From positions 4,349-68,348 of the forward strand of contig CAYOCD010000001.1 in assembly GCA_964402425.1 (NCBI GenBank): a stretch of 64,000 nt of DNA, in the 5' to 3' direction. Every line of letters begins with the position of its first letter. Position 1 is the stretch's first letter. Made by a program: the position numbers and the translations under genes. This DNA comes from an uncultured Gammaproteobacteria bacterium (GTDB lineage Bacteria > Patescibacteriota > Patescibacteriia > UBA9934 > GWF2-40-263). Below the pieces are notes generated by a model that was not told the DNA's origin, did not search any database, and saw nothing but the letters and a program-made list of their open reading frames with translations. Below, piece by piece: positions 45,991-54,881 of this stretch.

Positions 45991-46887
45991 CTATCTTCCT
46001 GGCAATTCAACGGAGGAGTATGGCAATTGGCTTGGTGAGCTTCCGTCGTCCCATTTAACCGTAACGGTTGAATCATCAAAAGCGGTTACCTTACCACTGT
46101 AGTAGCTCCCATTGTTCCATTTTGCAAGAACACTCTGACCAATAGAAATTGAGCTGTTTGGTTGGTTTAAGTGTGCAACGTTTATAGGTGGCAAGACTTC
46201 GTCGCTTCCATCATCGTAATGCACATAGACCTCATCGCCAGAAACCTTGGTTATTTTACCTGGATACCAACGCGATCCACCTTTCCAACGGCCCAAAATA
46301 TTTTCTCCAACTTTAAAAGTCGCTGTTGCTGCCGAATCTTTCTCTGTATCAGCTGGTAATGATTCATCAGTCTCTACCGATGTTGCCACAGCTCCGCCAA
46401 GTGCCGCAACGACTTTGTCTGCAAATGCCTCGTCACCAGCTTTCCAGTTTGACACGACAGCGTGCGTTGCGTCACCTGGGAGCCAGGCAATACGTGCGGA
46501 CGATGAAAGTTTTTGGAGTGTTTCGTATTGCTCTTTAATCTCTGCAACAACAGTTGCAAGATCTGACGGGGATTTAACCGCAACAACAAGCAAACGTACA
46601 CTTCCGTCACCTTCCGTAAATCTGAACTTAGTCGCTGCTGAAATTTTAGCAGCTGTTTTCATTTTTTCAGCATCCTTTTCAGGTTCTTCATCGTATTTTT
46701 CAATGTTTGCCGCCGCAAGACTGCCGTGAACGAATGCCAAATAGGCATCAGAGCCTGCCGGGACTTGTGCAGCAGGTTGCGACGATTGGGGTGGAGTCTG
46801 CGCCGTATTAGATACTGGCGCTTTTGAACAACCCGCACCGACGAACAACATCGACCCGATCAGCAAGAAGAAAATTTTATTTTTCAT
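45991..46887 (-). CDS. Lipoprotein with two tandem SH3-like/Tudor-like small beta-barrel repeats
   Basis: Lipobox LFVGAGCS. Repeated modules GENILGRWKGGSRWYPGKITKVSGDEVYVHYDDGSDEVL and GQSVLAKWNNGSYYSGKVTAFDDSTVTVKWDDGSSPSQL. Confidence 0.45.
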   Translation of the reverse strand: MKNKIFFLLIGSMLFVGAGCSKAPVSNTAQTPPQSSQPAAQVPAGSDAYLAFVHGSLAAANIEKYDEEPEKDAEKMKTAAKISAATKFRFTEGDGSVRLLVVAVKSPSDLATVVAEIKEQYETLQKLSSSARIAWLPGDATHAVVSNWKAGDEAFADKVVAALGGAVATSVETDESLPADTEKDSAATATFKVGENILGRWKGGSRWYPGKITKVSGDEVYVHYDDGSDEVLPPINVAHLNQPNSSISIGQSVLAKWNNGSYYSGKVTAFDDSTVTVKWDDGSSPSQLPYSSVELPGR

Positions 46888-46966
46888 AAAATAATTAGGA
46901 ATGATACCTCATTCTATAAAACCCGATCAAATAAAACAAGCCTATTCTTGCTTCCATGTGTGCATA

Positions 46967-46999
46967 AAAAAATCTCGACACTTCGTCAAGATTTTTTAT
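46967..46999 (-). terminator. Terminator for the 602-aa gene
   Basis: AAAAAATCTCGAC-ACTTCG-GTCAAGATTTTTT, with one G-U wobble on the minus transcript, followed by a U run. Confidence 0.5.
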
Positions 47000-47015
47000 T
47001 CTCTTCCCTTCAAAA

Positions 47016-47060
47016 CCTTTCCGCCTTCTCCGCCCTTCCCCTACCTCAACACCCCTCCCC
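47016..47060. repeat. Dispersed pyrimidine-rich repeat, copy f (straddles the stop of the 47041-48849 gene)
   Basis: CCTTTCCGCCTTCTCCGCCCTTCCCCTACCTCAACACCCCTCCCC. The TAG stop occupies the same CCCCTA position as in copy a. Confidence 0.6.
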
Positions 47061-48849
47061 ACTCAATCACCGTAAATCCTTTTCTGACGATGGTTGGTGG
47101 TAATTTTGGTGGGTGTTGTACGATTGGTTTTTGCAACTCTGTGTAATCCATAAGAATACGCAAAATCGTGTCTGGGGTTTTTGAGACGGTCATTGGAGCA
47201 AGAAAATCCATGACGCGCGTTCCATGAAACCCAATCTTGTAATATGGAGCGGAACGCATCTTTGGTTCCCAAAACTCCATAAAATCTGCGATCTCTTTTG
47301 TATTGAGTCCAATGTCCACAAGCGTTTCTTTCAAGAACGAAGGAATATCTTGTTTGGCAACAACCCAATACTCCTCAGGTGAGCCATATTCATCTCCATG
47401 CCCTTCCCAGAACAGATACGGATATGTTTTTCCGTCATCACGATTTACAAGCGTTCCGTCAGGAGACGCTGTTACGCGCCATCCGTTCTTGTATACCGGT
47501 TCTGTGAACGTGAAACCCCCTTTTGGCGCGACCGTTACATCAAGGTCTGTTTTTTCTGTTGGGTAAAGATAGATAACCGGCTTTCCACACTCTGCAGCAG
47601 ACTGAACGTTCTCATGGGTAAAACGTAACCATCGACCAAGTGGATCTTTCCAAAAAAACACCGGATGCATTTTCACGAACCCTTCAAACGAAGCTGTTTC
47701 TGTTGTTTCTGGATTCCAAGAAAGACGTTGTTTATAATTCTGATAATACATGTTGGCAGCAGACTCTTGTCCCAGAACTTCCTGCTCTGTCCAAACGGGT
47801 TCAAAAAACTCATACGTTTTCTTATCGGAACCCGTTACGTGTCCCGCGCGTTTCAATGCAGGAATCTCTAAAACGAGATCTGGTGAAGAATGTCCACAAC
47901 CCGTTGAAATCTGACTTGCGTATAAATTTACCCCCATGATTATTCCATCATTCCAAGAAACTTCCGCTTTTTCATCTGTGTTCCATGGAATGACATAGTT
48001 GTATCGAACAATGCGCGTGTCGGGACGCGTAAATGCATAAGCGGAATCATCTGCAAACAAAGAATGCACGTTGCCTGTTTTTGAATCCGTCATGGATAAA
48101 ACGTTTGTTTTTATAGGCTCTGCGACTGCTTTGTCGTTGAGTCCCGAGACAGAAATGAACGTAAATTCATTTCCCTGTTCATCTTTCAAAACATCCGGGA
48201 TCTCAAACGCTTCAATCACAAGATCATCCTCTATTTTTTGTGTTTTTGCATACTCTGTAAACACATCTACTCCCAAAAATTCTTTGAGGGGTTTTTGTGT
48301 GCTTCCATGGAAAACGGAAGAGACGACGTATCTCCCGAGCAACGTCACGTTCTTTTCTGAATCCATCAAATAATAAACCTCATTATTAGTAGACCCAATT
48401 TCAAACAAACTGATCCAATGCGCTATGTTTAATGTATACCCATCATACGTTCCGCCCTCAACATTACCAATCTTGGCCGTATACGCTTCCATCGTCGTAA
48501 TTAATTCTTCGTTTGTATACGGTTTTCCTGTCTTATAATTCTCAAGTGGCACCCCTTGGTTTGCGGCCTTAAACAAAGGTACAAATACATCTGGAACGGA
48601 TTCTCTTTGATATCCATCCTCGGGCGTCAAAAAACGAACAAAGAGCACATTTTTGTTTTCCGATGGAACAACAACGGATTCTAATTCTTGTGGAACCGTT
48701 GTTTCAGGTGCGCGCATCAAAAGAAATGTTGCAAGGGCACCAACAAAAAACAAGACAATCCCCACAAGAACGGCAATAAGAACAATCTTTTTAGATGACG
48801 TTTTAACAACGGGTGGTTTTTCCGAAAGCGGAGGAAGGTGTATTTCCAT
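47041..48849 (-). CDS. Large hypothetical extracytoplasmic protein with an N-terminal TM anchor (602 aa)
   Basis: A single N-terminal TM helix, then about 560 aa rich in aromatic residues. No family assigned. Confidence 0.45.
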   Translation of the reverse strand: MEIHLPPLSEKPPVVKTSSKKIVLIAVLVGIVLFFVGALATFLLMRAPETTVPQELESVVVPSENKNVLFVRFLTPEDGYQRESVPDVFVPLFKAANQGVPLENYKTGKPYTNEELITTMEAYTAKIGNVEGGTYDGYTLNIAHWISLFEIGSTNNEVYYLMDSEKNVTLLGRYVVSSVFHGSTQKPLKEFLGVDVFTEYAKTQKIEDDLVIEAFEIPDVLKDEQGNEFTFISVSGLNDKAVAEPIKTNVLSMTDSKTGNVHSLFADDSAYAFTRPDTRIVRYNYVIPWNTDEKAEVSWNDGIIMGVNLYASQISTGCGHSSPDLVLEIPALKRAGHVTGSDKKTYEFFEPVWTEQEVLGQESAANMYYQNYKQRLSWNPETTETASFEGFVKMHPVFFWKDPLGRWLRFTHENVQSAAECGKPVIYLYPTEKTDLDVTVAPKGGFTFTEPVYKNGWRVTASPDGTLVNRDDGKTYPYLFWEGHGDEYGSPEEYWVVAKQDIPSFLKETLVDIGLNTKEIADFMEFWEPKMRSAPYYKIGFHGTRVMDFLAPMTVSKTPDTILRILMDYTELQKPIVQHPPKLPPTIVRKGFTVIEWGGVLR

Positions 48850-48854
48850 AAAAT

Positions 48855-50609
48855 CTAACGTGAAAAAATAAGATGTCCATTTTTTATTTGATCTTGAAGA
48901 CCCGAATCAGAACGTGAGGCAATCGATTGAAACACCTGTTTTGCTTGCGCATCCGTCAAAGCTGCTGGTTCACCATCCTTTGTGGAAACAGGTAACAAAA
49001 ACAATTCAATCGCTTGTGGCTTCACTATAACACCGATCGTCAGTGCAAGAAATGTTTCTGGCATCGGTTGATCAAAGATGAAATTTCCAAGCGACCACGC
49101 AACCGGCGTTTTTTCAACAAGATCAATCCCTTGTGCAACGTGCGGATGACCGCCGATCACAAGATCTGCGCCCGCCTGCGCCATTTCTGTTGCAAGACGT
49201 TTTTGTTGCGAGTCCGGAAGGGGTGCATATTCTGTTCCCCAATGTGGGTACACAATCACGAAACGTCCGTCTGATTTTGCCGCTCGAATCTCCTGTGCGA
49301 GTACTTGTTCGTTTGGAACAAATGCATGATATCCAATAAAGGTAATTTGCGTATCGCCGATTGTTTGATCCATACGCAAGAGCCCGTTTTGATACGATCC
49401 GAACCAAGGGATCCCTAATCGAGCAAGTTCTGTGAGTGTTTGTATTTCACCTTCCATCAATCGATCGCCCGCATGATTATTTGCAAGGCTCACAAAATCC
49501 ACATACGGTTTCATTGCCTCCACAGATTTTGGATCAAAAATAAATCGATATGGCGCTTCATACGCATGATCACTCAAAGCATCACTCACCGTTCCCTCAA
49601 GATTTCCAACAACCGCATGGGATCCAGATAAGAATCGATGCATGTTTTTCCACGGAGCATCACTCCCCTCTTTTTCGATTTTTTTACGCACATCTCGGTC
49701 CAACATGATATCGCCCACCACGTGAATCGCGGCGAATGGTTCGCTCGAAGGCTTCCCTTTTGTGAAATATCCAAGAATGTGGGATGTATTTTGTTCTGGC
49801 ACGGATGCTGCTCCAAGACCAATCGAAGAATTATGATGTGTGAGATTCCATGTTTCATTTTTTCGTTCCCTATTTACAACAAAGAGCGTTCGTAAAACAC
49901 TGTTTGCATCCACCTCGAGCTCACACCTATCACACCCACCGGATGCAAGCGCATTCAGTGTCACTTCGTCATGATACATGGCCGTATAATTCGGAAGATA
50001 ATGTGACATGTCTGCAGACGCAATCACAACGGCACGCGGAAAATTCTTTGCAATTGTGCGCCCGAGCACTTCAACATTTTCTTCTGAGACAGCATCATGC
50101 AAAATAATCGGAATAATTTTTGCGTGTTTAAACGAACGTTTGATAAACGGTGTCAGCGCAGAAATTCCATGTTCCCCGACAAATGTTTCTGGTTCAATCG
50201 ATGCCCCAACGGCACGCGCAATCGATCGGACAGCGTCATCATCCGTTTTCAGAATCCCATACGGAGTCTGCCAATTTCCATAAGTTGTTTGCATGGATGT
50301 TTTTCCGCGATCAAAATGATTTGGACTGAGCAAGATGACTGTTCGCACAGAATCAGACCCAATACGATCAAACAATTCAGCAATTTTATTTCCAATCAAA
50401 AGATGATGTGCGCTCATCGCAGATAAAGACGAAACGCGTGGTTGTTTTGGAACGGAATCATACGCATCATCAAAAAAGGCCTTTGTAAGTGTCCCCGACG
50501 AAAAGACCGCATCCGAAGTCCTGGACATAAAAAACGAAACACCTAAAGAACCCGAAAAAAGCGTTATAAGCGCAAGAAAACCAAAAGAAACAAGAATACG
50601 TTTCACCAT
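48855..50609 (-). CDS. Fusion: Memo-like (AmmeMemoRadiSam system protein B) domain plus a CapA/PGA-capsule-synthesis metallophosphatase domain, with an N-terminal TM anchor (584 aa)
   Basis: The N-terminal half has Memo-like motifs (AMSAHHLLIG, EHGISALTPFIK, ASADMSHYLP). The C-terminal half has CapA motifs (HVVGDIMLDRDV, ANNHAGD, GGHPHVAQGI). Confidence 0.55.
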   Translation of the reverse strand: MVKRILVSFGFLALITLFSGSLGVSFFMSRTSDAVFSSGTLTKAFFDDAYDSVPKQPRVSSLSAMSAHHLLIGNKIAELFDRIGSDSVRTVILLSPNHFDRGKTSMQTTYGNWQTPYGILKTDDDAVRSIARAVGASIEPETFVGEHGISALTPFIKRSFKHAKIIPIILHDAVSEENVEVLGRTIAKNFPRAVVIASADMSHYLPNYTAMYHDEVTLNALASGGCDRCELEVDANSVLRTLFVVNRERKNETWNLTHHNSSIGLGAASVPEQNTSHILGYFTKGKPSSEPFAAIHVVGDIMLDRDVRKKIEKEGSDAPWKNMHRFLSGSHAVVGNLEGTVSDALSDHAYEAPYRFIFDPKSVEAMKPYVDFVSLANNHAGDRLMEGEIQTLTELARLGIPWFGSYQNGLLRMDQTIGDTQITFIGYHAFVPNEQVLAQEIRAAKSDGRFVIVYPHWGTEYAPLPDSQQKRLATEMAQAGADLVIGGHPHVAQGIDLVEKTPVAWSLGNFIFDQPMPETFLALTIGVIVKPQAIELFLLPVSTKDGEPAALTDAQAKQVFQSIASRSDSGLQDQIKNGHLIFSR

Positions 50610-50634
50610 ACAGGCCCTTTATACCATAAAAACA

Positions 50635-50662
50635 AAAACCAGCTCATTTCTGAACTGGTTTT
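50635..50662 (-). terminator. Terminator after the HU gene
   Basis: AAAACCAGCTC-ATTTCT-GAACTGGTTTT, followed by a U run on the minus transcript. Confidence 0.45.
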
Positions 50663-50669
50663 GCTCTTA

Positions 50670-50951
50670 CTAGAGAATAGAATCTTTACATTGCTTTGCA
50701 ACACGGAACTTTACCACTGTTTTTGCTGGAATCTTGATTTCAGCACCTGTGAGTGGGTTGCGTCCTGTGCGAGCTGCACGAGCTTTCTTTACGAGTTTTC
50801 CAAGTCCTGGAATATTGAATTCACCACTTGTCTTTACTTCCTTATAAGCCATCGCAACGAATGCATCCCACTTTTCAGACGCTTCTTTCTTTGAAACACC
50901 AAGCATTTCTGCCATCGATTGGATAAACTGGCTCTTTGTCATCTTTGCCAT
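50670..50951 (-). CDS. hup: DNA-binding protein HU
   Basis: MAKMTKSQFIQSMAE...GEFNIPGLGKLVKKARAARTGRNPLTGAEIKIPAKTVVKFR is a canonical HU/IHF sequence. Confidence 0.9.
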   Translation of the reverse strand: MAKMTKSQFIQSMAEMLGVSKKEASEKWDAFVAMAYKEVKTSGEFNIPGLGKLVKKARAARTGRNPLTGAEIKIPAKTVVKFRVAKQCKDSIL

Positions 50952-51083
50952 ATGTAACGTTGTTTAAAGACCCTCATAATAAGAAAAGGTCTTTTTTGTT
51001 AATTACTGGGCAATTATAACACCCTTCTATAAATTTGTGAATAAATGCTGGATATTTTGAAGTTCGAGTTATCAACAGGGCTT

Positions 51084-51494
51084 TTACAACACAGTCATCG
51101 TATGACCTTTAAACCAATCACGACTTCTTTTCATATCGTCTTGAATCACTTTCGCCATCTCTTCTTCTCCTGGAAATGGTAAAATATCCCGTAATTTATC
51201 GAGTAAAACAACAGTCATACTCTTTCCTGCGAGCTCTTTTTCTTGATCAAGCAAGTGAACCTCCATTTTTAAATTAACCCCCGTTCTTCCATCACTCACA
51301 CAAATAAGTGATGGATATCGTTCATGGTCCACTTCTGCTTCTCCTACATAAATTCCAAGAGCAGGAATAATAATTCCCTGTTCAATGGCGATATTTGCGG
51401 TTGGACAACCGAGACGGCGAGCCATTCCCTCCCCGCGCTCGACACGCCCTCGAAATGTAAGTGGTTGCATAAAACATCTATGGTCCGTATCCAA
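51084..51494 (-). CDS. Monofunctional riboflavin kinase (RibF C-terminal-domain-like)
   Basis: FRGRVERGEGMARRLGCPTANI matches the flavokinase PTAN motif region. Confidence 0.65.
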   Translation of the reverse strand: MDTDHRCFMQPLTFRGRVERGEGMARRLGCPTANIAIEQGIIIPALGIYVGEAEVDHERYPSLICVSDGRTGVNLKMEVHLLDQEKELAGKSMTVVLLDKLRDILPFPGEEEMAKVIQDDMKRSRDWFKGHTMTVL

Positions 51495-51501
51495 ACAATA
51501 T

Positions 51502-52077
51502 TTATCTTATAGATAAATATCCTAACGCCTTTTTGATGATTGGCGCAAGATCTGAATAATTGGATGTCTGGAGAGCTTTTTTGATAGGAACCCATTTCGC
51601 ATCATATGTATGCTGCGAGGGATCAGACGACAAGACAGCGTCCGGAGCGGTTTCAAACAAAAAATAATAGATATCTTTATGAATCAATTTTCCTTTTTGT
51701 TCGTAACGATCACGGAACCAAATACTAATCTTACCCAACTCTTCCAAAAAACGAATTTCTTCAAGACCAATCTCTTCAAGCGTTTCACGTGCAGCCGCTT
51801 CTTCAAGAGCTTCTCCTTTTTCCACATGACCTTTTGGAAAGGTCCATTTATCATACGAATCTTTCATGAACGCAATCTCTATGCCATATTTGGATCTTCG
51901 GAATACAACACCACCCGCAGAAACTTCTCGTTCTGCGGGAATATTTTTTACCTGTCTACCAGCAGGTACATCTTTTGACGAAAGATTATTTTTTGTTCGC
52001 GGCGGGACTTGCGGCGTCGGAGGGCTTGTATGTGCCGAGAAGAACATCCCGTGCGGTTTGTTTTTGATTATCATGTT
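51502..52077 (-). CDS. NUDIX hydrolase
   Basis: NUDIX box GHVEKGEALEEAAARETLEEIGL. The start is placed at the internal Met (MIIKNK) because the ORF-track start at 52128 overlaps ctpA by 140 nt. Confidence 0.65.
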   Translation of the reverse strand, partial: NMIIKNKPHGMFFSAHTSPPTPQVPPRTKNNLSSKDVPAGRQVKNIPAEREVSAGGVVFRRSKYGIEIAFMKDSYDKWTFPKGHVEKGEALEEAAARETLEEIGLEEIRFLEELGKISIWFRDRYEQKGKLIHKDIYYFLFETAPDAVLSSDPSQHTYDAKWVPIKKALQTSNYSDLAPIIKKALGYLSIR

Positions 52078-53278
52078 CATTTTTCTTAAAGGCTTCAACA
52101 TCGAATTCAACAAGAATATCTGGTTCAATGCCGGTCTTATTTATATTGCGCCCATTTGGTGTAAACCATTCCGCAGTTGTGATTTTAATAGCCGATCCGT
52201 CAGGAAGTTCTTGATAATCTTGAACAGAACCTTTTCCAAACGTTTTTGTTCCTATCAACGTTGCGTATTTGTAATCTTGTAATGCTCCAGCAACAATTTC
52301 TGAAGCAGAGGCACTTCCGCCATCAACAAGAACAACCGTTGGAATCCCATTTAACCGAGGTGCTGTAACCCCATTAAAGGAGTTCTTTGTTGTTTTTCCT
52401 GTTTCTGACACAATCAAATCATATCCAACCCATGCAGACGACACATTCACAGCCGCTGTTAAAAGACCGCCTGGGTTACTGCGCAAATCAACAATAATTC
52501 CTTTAACATTTTTTGAGAGAGCATCCTGAACGGCGCGATAAAAAAGGGGGGTTGTATCTCCGTTGAATGTGGAGATGGAAATCGTCATGATGTTTCCCTC
52601 TTCTATTTTTGTCTTTACAGAATCAACTGTAATTTTTTGTCGAATAATTTTTATTTCTTTTAACGCATCCAATCCTTTTCTACTAATCTGCAAAACAACT
52701 TGCGTTCCATCTTCTCCACGAATCTTTGAGACAGCTTCTTCTACAGACATTCCACTTGTTTCCACCTCATCAATTGTAACAATCCAATCTCCTGACTGTA
52801 CCCCCGCTTTTTCTGCAGGGGAATCCTCAAGAGGTGCGACAACCGTCAACTTATCTTCCTTAATCCCAATATGTGCACCGATTCCAACAAACGACGCGTT
52901 CAAATCTTCCATGAAGGCCTTTGCTTCTTTGGGATCAAAGTAGGCAGAATAAGGATCATCAAGTCCTGATACGAGTCCTTTCAAAGCCCCGTAATAAAGA
53001 TCTTTGTCTGATACGGGTTGCTTATAAAATTTTTCTTTGGTGAGATTCCAAATGTCCCAAAAATCATTAAAATCAATATCTTTTTCCAGCGCAGCAGAAA
53101 CAGACCCTTGTCCTGTAACACGAGCTTCTCCGGCCGGAACAATTGTGCGAGCCGCATGCGATTCTCCAATAAAATATCCCCCACTAAACGAAAGGATGAG
53201 GAACAAAAAACAAAAAAGCACAACAAGCGCTTTTGAAGGAGATTTTTTTGGAAAAGAAGATGACATACGTAATGACAA
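51986..53278 (-). CDS. Carboxy-terminal processing peptidase (S41 family, CtpA-like) with a PDZ domain
   Basis: N-terminal TM, a PDZ domain and the S41 catalytic region GIIVDLRSNPGGLL plus a Lys-containing motif. Confidence 0.85.
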   Translation of the reverse strand: MSLRMSSSFPKKSPSKALVVLFCFLFLILSFSGGYFIGESHAARTIVPAGEARVTGQGSVSAALEKDIDFNDFWDIWNLTKEKFYKQPVSDKDLYYGALKGLVSGLDDPYSAYFDPKEAKAFMEDLNASFVGIGAHIGIKEDKLTVVAPLEDSPAEKAGVQSGDWIVTIDEVETSGMSVEEAVSKIRGEDGTQVVLQISRKGLDALKEIKIIRQKITVDSVKTKIEEGNIMTISISTFNGDTTPLFYRAVQDALSKNVKGIIVDLRSNPGGLLTAAVNVSSAWVGYDLIVSETGKTTKNSFNGVTAPRLNGIPTVVLVDGGSASASEIVAGALQDYKYATLIGTKTFGKGSVQDYQELPDGSAIKITTAEWFTPNGRNINKTGIEPDILVEFDVEAFKKNEHDNQKQTARDVLLGTYKPSDAASPAANKK

Positions 53279-53489
53279 GAGTACCGTTTTTAAACAGACA
53301 CGTCAAAAATGATTTATGAAGCAGATTGTTCTTATTCAAACCCATCACAATGTGCAAGAAGTTCACAATAAGGCAATAAAATCCTTAAGGAATGAAAACA
53401 AGATCACAGGATACAGAAACGGAATTTTAGGATCTTTTGCGCGTTAAAAACAACGTAAAATAAAGCATTTCCTTGAAAATATCAATCAT

Positions 53490-54842
53490 TTGGTTTATAC
53501 TAGACGCACTATGTCACGATTCTGGAGAACTATTTTATTTACCGTTTTTGCGATCGGATTTTTAATTTCCGCCCCACTTGTCGTGTTGTACACAGCCGGA
53601 TACCGCTATCAGTTCGGATCCATGAGTGTCATAAAGGCCGGTATTCTTTCTGTTACAAGCATTCCAAAAGGAGCGACGGTTTCTTTGGACGGAATCGAAT
53701 CCGATAAAAAAACACCATCTGTCATTGATAATGTGTATCCAGGGAAAATAAAAGTCCGCGTTGAAAAGTCCGGATATTCTTCTTGGGAAAAAATACTTCC
53801 TGTAAAAAGCGGACAAAGCACATTTATTCCAAATGTGGTCTTGTTTCTTGAAGGATCCGCCGTTCCGTCCATCAATCAAACGGACGTTTTACATGTTGCA
53901 ACACAAAGCCCATCTCGATACGCCTATCTCGTTAACAATAAAGGCATCCTTGAGACGTGGATCAAAGATGAGACAGCTCCACAAAACCGTCCAATTCTTA
54001 CACAAACATTTCACCCGAAATCCATCTACACTCTATCTTGGTCGCATGATGGTAGCTACCTTTTGATCTCAGAGCATACAACAAAAAAAATACAAACCAT
54101 TATTCGTGCCCATGACGGCACAATCATCCCGTTCCCAACGACATCATCTGTTAATGCGTGGTGGAACGCAGATTCAGGACACACGCTCTTTTATCGGACC
54201 GGAACAGAAATACGAGCATTTGGCATTGACACAGATCTTTCTCTCCCAAAGAATCTCAACGCAAATGATGCAGAATTACATCAAGGAAAGTTCCTTGTTA
54301 TTCAATCAGAGGAACAGAGTGTTGTTTCTCACCTTGATGAAAACGGGATTGCAAATATCATCACCTATCTCCCACGCGGAACATACAAATTTGTATACGC
54401 CCCCTCCCCTTTAATTTTGTTACAAGACATCACCAAAAATCATTTGATCCTCATCGATCCGACCCAAAAAAATTCCATCCTTCTCAACGAAGAAGTTCGC
54501 CATTTCAAATGGTCTCCAAAAGAAGATCGTTTCGTCTTCTCAAACGGATTTGATATCAATGTTTTAACGATTTCGTCCGGCCTCACAGAAACCCTGACAC
54601 GCTTTAGTGAACCAGTCACAGAACTTGCCTGGTACCCGCTCGGGGACGAAGTCTTATACAGCAAAAATGGTGTCATCTATGCCCTTGAGTTAGATCGTCG
54701 CGATGTCCGCAATGAAATTGCCCTTGTACGCGATGCAACCGTCCAATCAATGTGGGTCAATAAGGATGGCTCGAGCCTGTATTTCTTTGGACAAATCGGA
54801 AATGATCCAGCAACCGTTTTTGAAAAAAAACTACAAAAGTAA
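53490..54842 (+). CDS. Membrane-anchored PEGA-domain protein with a C-terminal TolB-like beta-propeller
   Basis: N-terminal TM, a PEGA domain (SIPKGATVSLDGIESDKKTPSVIDNVYPGKIKVRVEKSGYSSW) and repeated WD/TolB-like blades (LSWSHDGSYLLIS, FKWSPKEDRFVFS, LAWYPLGDEVLYS). Confidence 0.55.
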   Translation: MVYTRRTMSRFWRTILFTVFAIGFLISAPLVVLYTAGYRYQFGSMSVIKAGILSVTSIPKGATVSLDGIESDKKTPSVIDNVYPGKIKVRVEKSGYSSWEKILPVKSGQSTFIPNVVLFLEGSAVPSINQTDVLHVATQSPSRYAYLVNNKGILETWIKDETAPQNRPILTQTFHPKSIYTLSWSHDGSYLLISEHTTKKIQTIIRAHDGTIIPFPTTSSVNAWWNADSGHTLFYRTGTEIRAFGIDTDLSLPKNLNANDAELHQGKFLVIQSEEQSVVSHLDENGIANIITYLPRGTYKFVYAPSPLILLQDITKNHLILIDPTQKNSILLNEEVRHFKWSPKEDRFVFSNGFDINVLTISSGLTETLTRFSEPVTELAWYPLGDEVLYSKNGVIYALELDRRDVRNEIALVRDATVQSMWVNKDGSSLYFFGQIGNDPATVFEKKLQK

Positions 54843-54881
54843 CCACAAAAAACACCTCGTTTTAACGAGGTGTTTTCATTT

